Origin: an uncultured Gemmatimonadaceae bacterium
GTDB taxonomy: Bacteria > Gemmatimonadota > Gemmatimonadetes > Gemmatimonadales > Gemmatimonadaceae
Assembly: GCA_963829055.1 (NCBI GenBank)
Contig: CAWHHI010000003.1
Location: 384,001 to 448,000 of the forward strand
Direction: 5' to 3'
Length of the DNA stretch: 64,000 bases
In this document: positions 59,107-64,000 of the stretch, piece by piece
Position numbering within the stretch: position 1 is the stretch's first letter
Layout of the letters: every line of letters starts with the position of its first letter
Translations under genes and position numbers: made by a program
Notes under the pieces: model-generated
What the model saw: only the letters and a program-made list of their open reading frames with translations
Database searches by the model: none
Told to the model about the DNA's origin: nothing

Positions 59107-60213
59107 ATGACGAGACGAGGCAGCCAGGAGATCGCTACGGAGCAGCGCGCCACCGCCGCCGGCACCGAGCGGTTCCAGCGGCGGTTCGGCGAGCAGTTCG
59201 TCGAAGACTTCTTCCGCCCCCTCGGCGGCGGGCTCGTCGCTTCGTCGATTGGGATCGGTACATACCTCGGCGAGTGCGATGATGCTGACGACGTCACCTA
59301 CGCTGCTGCTATACGCGCCGCTCTCGAGAACGGCATCAACATCATCGATTCGTCAGTCAACTACCGCTGCCAACGGTCCGAGAGAACCGTAGGACTGGTA
59401 CTTCGCGACGCCCTCGCTGACGGAATCGTCAAACGCGATGAGGTGATCGTGTGTACGAAGGGCGGCTACATCCCGCTCGACTCGTCAGCGCCGTCAACGC
59501 GCGATGAGTATCTGTCGTATCTCCAGCGCACGTTCATCGACACGGGTATCGTGTCCGCGGACGACGTCGTGGGCGGCGGCCATGCACTTTCGCCATCGTT
59601 CCTCGCACACCAGATCCAACTCAGCCAGACGAATCTCGGTGTGCGCACGCTGGACGTGTATTACCTGCACAACCCCGAACAGCAACTCGATTCAGTACAG
59701 CCCGCGCGGTTCCGAACGATCCTCCGACGGGCGTTCGCGTTGCTCGAGGAGCGCGTCGCGAGCGGAGACATCGGATGCTACGGATGCGCAACGTGGAACG
59801 GATTGCGCACGGCGCCGGACGCGCGCGGACATCTCGACCTCGCTGAGCTCGTGGGCATCGCTCGCGATGTTGGCGGCGAGGATCATCATTTCCGCATCGT
59901 ACAGATGCCGGTGAACCTGGCGATGTCAGAAGCGGTGCGGACGCCGACGCAGCGGCTCGGCACTCGGCGCGTCGTACCACCGTTACAGGCAGCGACGGAA
60001 CTTGGCCTCTCGGTTGTTGCCAGTGCGACACTCATGCAGGCGCGTCTCACCACCGACCTGCCTGCCGCGTTGCGCGATACATTCCCCGCGCTCGCGACCG
60101 ATGCCCAGCGCGCAATCGCGTTCGTGCGGTCGCTTCCCGGCGTGAGCTCGGCGTTGGTGGGGATGCGCTCTCTGGATCACGTCAGCGAGAACATCGCCGC
60201 GGCATCCCGGTGA
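59107..60213 (+). CDS. aldo/keto reductase
   Basis: SSIGIGTYLG, GINIIDSSVNYR, VCTKGG, DVYYLHNPE and ALVGM. Confidence 0.9.
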   Translation: MTRRGSQEIATEQRATAAGTERFQRRFGEQFVEDFFRPLGGGLVASSIGIGTYLGECDDADDVTYAAAIRAALENGINIIDSSVNYRCQRSERTVGLVLRDALADGIVKRDEVIVCTKGGYIPLDSSAPSTRDEYLSYLQRTFIDTGIVSADDVVGGGHALSPSFLAHQIQLSQTNLGVRTLDVYYLHNPEQQLDSVQPARFRTILRRAFALLEERVASGDIGCYGCATWNGLRTAPDARGHLDLAELVGIARDVGGEDHHFRIVQMPVNLAMSEAVRTPTQRLGTRRVVPPLQAATELGLSVVASATLMQARLTTDLPAALRDTFPALATDAQRAIAFVRSLPGVSSALVGMRSLDHVSENIAAASR

Positions 60214-60559
60214 GCGACGGCGATGCGTCGTCCTGACGGCGTCGGGTTGCCGTGCGTGCGAGTCGCACGCCGCGTCAGGCAGAGTGTGATCGGCGAGGGA
60301 GAGGCCTTTCACCGGACGTCCCCGGATGGCGATCGCGGTGAGAAGGCCGATCTCCACTCGCCTGCACAATTCACGCAATGATCACGCGCGCGTTGCACTG
60401 GCGTGAAAGTTGGCGATTGTTGCGAATCACGCAATACGCTGACAACTCATTCCGAACAATTCGCGAAAATATTCTGCCGTCGATTTCGGTCGCTCCGATC
60501 GCTCTGACTGCCCCGATGTCGATCGACATTGTCGCATCACCTCGGCGATTCTCCAGCTC

Positions 60560-61579
60560 GTGAGCGACGAATCATCCCGACCCTCGCATCATCGCGCGGG
60601 CGGCGGCTTTCGCAACCCGTGGCCTGGCGGTACGCCGCGCGGACTCGGCGGCGTACTGCGCTGGATGTTCTACGATCGCGTCGTTCATCCCCGCGAGAAG
60701 GATCCTCCACGATCAGCATTTCCGCTGGTTCAGTCGTCGTTCTTCTCGCCGCGCGCGCTCGCGAAGACGTTGGGCGCGACGTGGGTTGGTCATTCCACGG
60801 TGCTCGTTCAACTCGGCGCGACGAACATACTGACGGACCCCATGTGGTCCGAGCGCGCGTCACCCGTGTCGTTCGCTGGGCCACGCCGCGTCGTTCCGGC
60901 CGCCGTGTCACTCGACGCGTTGCCTCCGCTCGATCTCGTTCTGCTCTCACACAATCATTACGACCACCTCGATGAGGTCACCGTTCGGGCGCTGGTCGCA
61001 CGTAACCCCGAGGCAACGTGGGTCGTGCCGCTCGGCGTCGCGGCATTCGTTAGGGCAGGCGGCGCGCACAACATCGTTGAGCTCGATTGGTGGCAGGTGA
61101 TGCGGACCGGCGAAGTCGAGGTGACGTGCACGCCGGCGCAACATTTCAGCGGACGAAGCATCAACGACCGGGATCTCACGTTGTGGTGTTCATGGAGCGT
61201 GAGGTCCCACGATCTCGCGCTGTACTTCGGCGGTGATAGCGCGTACCACCCCGAGTACCCCGCGATTGCGTCCCGATGCGGGCCGTTCGATGCCGTGTTG
61301 CTCCCGATCGGCGCGTATGAGCCACGATGGTTCATGCGAGCGGTGCACATGAACGCGCAGGAAGCCGTTCGCAGCTATCGTGACCTGGTTGCCGGCACAT
61401 CTCGCGACCGGCGGACCATCATGGTCCCGATCCACTGGGGAACGTTCAAGCTGACGGACGAGCCCCTCGATGAGCCACCCGCGAAACTTCTCGAGGCGTG
61501 GGACGACGCGGGGCTGTCGAGGGACGATCTCTGGCTGCTCCGGCACGGGGAGTCGCGCCATGTCACAATCGGAGCGTGA
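60560..61579 (+). CDS. MBL-fold metallo-hydrolase (NAPE-PLD/RomA-like)
   Basis: WVGHST, SHNHYDHLD, PAQHFSGR, LPIGAYEPRW and PIHWGTF. Confidence 0.92.
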   Translation: MSDESSRPSHHRAGGGFRNPWPGGTPRGLGGVLRWMFYDRVVHPREKDPPRSAFPLVQSSFFSPRALAKTLGATWVGHSTVLVQLGATNILTDPMWSERASPVSFAGPRRVVPAAVSLDALPPLDLVLLSHNHYDHLDEVTVRALVARNPEATWVVPLGVAAFVRAGGAHNIVELDWWQVMRTGEVEVTCTPAQHFSGRSINDRDLTLWCSWSVRSHDLALYFGGDSAYHPEYPAIASRCGPFDAVLLPIGAYEPRWFMRAVHMNAQEAVRSYRDLVAGTSRDRRTIMVPIHWGTFKLTDEPLDEPPAKLLEAWDDAGLSRDDLWLLRHGESRHVTIGA

Positions 61580-61645
61580 TCAGGGCTCGCGGTGGACTGG
61601 TCCGCCGTTCAACTTCCCGATCCCATTCTGCCGATACGGTTAGGC

Positions 61646-62232
61646 ATGACCATCGCGACTCAGAAGGCGCTGGTGCCTTCGCTGGCATCGATTGCCTTGA
61701 TCCTTGCGTGCCCCGACGCAATTGCCGGGCAGTCGTTGAGCACACGCCCGGCGTCTGTCGCGTTGACGGTGGTGGTGCCCCCACGCGCGCCGCCCGTGCT
61801 GGTGGAGCAGTGACGGATGGGAGTGCGACCGTCCTCGGTCGCACGTCCACCGCGGTCGATCTCGAAACGATGGTAGGGCTCGGAGATCACCTGACATCCC
61901 GGATCGAGGTCCGGCTCGGAGCCGCGTGGACCACGGATTCCGCGCGCGTGTGGGTACGAAGCCGAAACGGCACGTTCGAGCAACTTCTCAGCAACACAAT
62001 GATCGTGGCGCTCGACGCGCCACTCGCGCGTTCGGTCGTGCGGTCGCCGTTGCATTTCCGTGTCGAGTCGGCTCGGCCCCTCGCGTTGCCGTCGCTGTCG
62101 ATTCCGGTCGAGTACCGCCTGACTGTCGGCACCGGAGACGAAATCGCGGTGTGGACCTTTCCGACGGTCATCCGATTCGATTCGACCCCACCTAACGTTG
62201 ACTTCGGATCGCCGTCGCCATCTAGTCGTTAG
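61646..62232 (+). CDS. secreted hypothetical protein, probable frameshift near 61790
   Basis: Signal peptide from ATG 61646; beta-rich continuation in the adjacent frame. Confidence 0.45.
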
Positions 62233-63929
62233 GCTCGACGGGCGGTCGCACAGCCGCCGGCGGCGGCGGGTGTCGCCTTCCCCGGTAGCACGCGGCGCAC
62301 GACGATGCGAAGTGGCGTGCTCTCGCGCTCGAGGCGCGGCGTCGCGGTAGCGGGTGCGGAGACCAGCTCGAACTGACCGGTGGCGAGGAACTCCTCGAGC
62401 AAGACGCGAACTGGAACGTCGCGGCGGCTGGACATCCGAACGAAGAAGCGCCCGCGCGAGTCGGTCACCACGGCCGAGCCACCGATTTCGACGGTTGCGC
62501 CGTCCACTGGAGTAGACGCTTCATTCACGACCGTCCCCTCGACGATATAGCGCTCGAACTTGATCTCCACAGCGTGGCCGCCCCCGCCGAGCACGTCGCC
62601 CGCGTAGAAGAACGTGCTTGCCGATCCAGTGTAGTTCACCCGACCGTCGGGCATCACGAAGCTGGCAGCGTTCACGCGATAGCCGCCGATCGGGACGCGC
62701 ACGTTCAGCGCGATCGTCTGCACGAAGGGCTGCGTGGGACGATATGGTGTGTGAACGACCTGGTAGTCCACACCGACCGACGCCAGCCCTGACGCCATCG
62801 CTCCGCCGAACGAGACGGACGTGCGGCCATTGGCATATGTCAGTACCTGCAGCACCGATAGTCGCGGTGAGAGGAACTCGCGAACGTGCAGCACAGGCGT
62901 GGTGGAACGGGCCGGTGCCGGCGACCACACGCGCAACAGGTAGAAATCGGCTTGCAGCCAGCTCGCGACGTCGCGAGCTGCCGTGAAGTACGAGCTCACA
63001 CTCCGCGTCCCGGGCGTGCGTGAATCGAAGATGCCGGCCGCGAGGTTCGCGCCGATGAATCGCGCCGATCCGAACGCCTGGTTCAGCATCGCGCGATCTG
63101 GAGCGTTAGGCAGCGTGGAGTCCTGGCGGAAGTGCTGACGGCCAGCTCCGAAGGAGAAGCCGGGTGCTGGCCGAACCGTGACCACGATGTTCTCGCGGTC
63201 TGCCTCGCTCTGTGCCGGAGTAGGCACTCCGGTTCGACGGAACCGATCACTCATGCTGACGTATGCCGCTCGCACGTCCAGCCTTTCATGCCTGATCGCC
63301 ATGCTCGCCGATCCGTACGGCTTGTTCCCGCCGACGCCACCGGTCGCGCCGGCTTCGAAGCCGCTGGGCGACTCCCACTTGATGCCCCCGAGAACGGTCT
63401 GGCGCGACGAGAACAGCGCGTGCGTCGTTAGGCGTAGCGTGGGTGATAGCAGACGCTCTGCCTGGACGACACCGATCACCTTGTCCTGATGGAGCGCGTT
63501 GACGAACGGCGCCGGCGTCGCGACCGCGCTCGTACCGGCGAACGCATACAGCGACGACCGTCGAGTCGCCCGGCGAAGCCCGGCACCTTGCGCTAGAATC
63601 GCGTGCGAACCTCCGAATACGTCGGTCGCGAAACGGACGGCAATCGCGTCGTTGCCGAGGCGCAACGTATCGCGCCCGAGCCGCTGTTTGAGGAACGCAC
63701 TGAAGCGAAACCCGCCGAGATAGCCGAGCCCGAGGTTCCCTTCGAACCCTTCGCCCCAAACGTTGAGTGCACCGCCATACCCCTGATACAACGAAGAGCC
63801 ACCACCCTGCACTTCGAAGACCTGCGCGCGCACGACGGTCGGCACTGCCACCATGGACGCTGCGACAACCAGCGTCCGTGACCAACGCTTGGTCGCCGAG
63901 ACGACGGTAAGTGGCGCAGTGACGTTCAC
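62229..63929 (-). CDS. outer-membrane beta-barrel-like protein with carboxypeptidase-regulatory-like domain
   Basis: Signal peptide; alternating beta strands; VEGTVVNEASTPVDGATV...TDSRGRF. Confidence 0.7.
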   Translation of the reverse strand: MNVTAPLTVVSATKRWSRTLVVAASMVAVPTVVRAQVFEVQGGGSSLYQGYGGALNVWGEGFEGNLGLGYLGGFRFSAFLKQRLGRDTLRLGNDAIAVRFATDVFGGSHAILAQGAGLRRATRRSSLYAFAGTSAVATPAPFVNALHQDKVIGVVQAERLLSPTLRLTTHALFSSRQTVLGGIKWESPSGFEAGATGGVGGNKPYGSASMAIRHERLDVRAAYVSMSDRFRRTGVPTPAQSEADRENIVVTVRPAPGFSFGAGRQHFRQDSTLPNAPDRAMLNQAFGSARFIGANLAAGIFDSRTPGTRSVSSYFTAARDVASWLQADFYLLRVWSPAPARSTTPVLHVREFLSPRLSVLQVLTYANGRTSVSFGGAMASGLASVGVDYQVVHTPYRPTQPFVQTIALNVRVPIGGYRVNAASFVMPDGRVNYTGSASTFFYAGDVLGGGGHAVEIKFERYIVEGTVVNEASTPVDGATVEIGGSAVVTDSRGRFFVRMSSRRDVPVRVLLEEFLATGQFELVSAPATATPRLERESTPLRIVVRRVLPGKATPAAAGGCATARRA

Positions 63930-64000
63930 TGCGTGACCGCGCGAATGTTGAGGATACCTGTGTACGCACCTGGAGTGAGCACGCGACCCACGAGATCCAG
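63926..64000 (-). CDS. C-terminus of pilin/spore-coat-U-like protein (partial)
   Basis: ...LDLVGRVLTPGAYTGILNIRAVTQ*; the stop overlaps the next GTG. Confidence 0.45.
   Translation of the reverse strand: MDLVGRVLTPGAYTGILNIRAVTQ

Noticed and set aside
728..63433. Octamer as Chi/KOPS site or telomere-type TTAGGC repeat
   Set aside because: Near-equal strand counts (18 vs 17) argue against polar motifs, and copies are isolated rather than tandem
1..64000. HIP1-like enrichment of GCGATCGC/CGATCG
   Set aside because: Frequent, but explainable by preferred codons GCG-ATC-GCN; cannot be called enriched without a codon-aware null

Overview
A high-GC bacterial chromosomal segment. Gene style and content (ADOP-type ABC permeases, DUF5916 protein, futalosine-pathway mqnD, many GAF/PAS kinases) suggest a soil Gemmatimonadota-like organism; this is an inference. 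I found no rRNA, tRNA, CRISPR array or transposase. The window holds about 58 genes: signalling (several histidine kinases and response regulators, HD-GYP), transport (two ADOP permeases, TolC-MFP-RND), glnA, mqnD, a cardiolipin synthase, CtpA, a cold-shock protein, NrtR, GH3, YggX and a desaturase. At least a dozen genes are split by frameshifts, most likely long-read errors. The most unusual signals are: (1) a non-palindromic octamer GCCTAACG/CGTTAGGC, about 35 exact copies mostly inside genes, strand-unbiased and forcing rare codons; (2) a Rad52/Sak-like annealase gene next to an ECF sigma factor that is translationally coupled to a LexA-type S24 self-cleaving protein lacking an HTH, a candidate RecA-triggered sigma/anti-sigma switch; (3) inverted pairs of CCCCAGT heptamer arrays, one bracketing an antisense-inserted four-helix-bundle gene; (4) an orphan plasmid-type replication initiator with a beta-clamp motif; (5) a hidden acidic/AT-hook/H1-like nucleoid protein.
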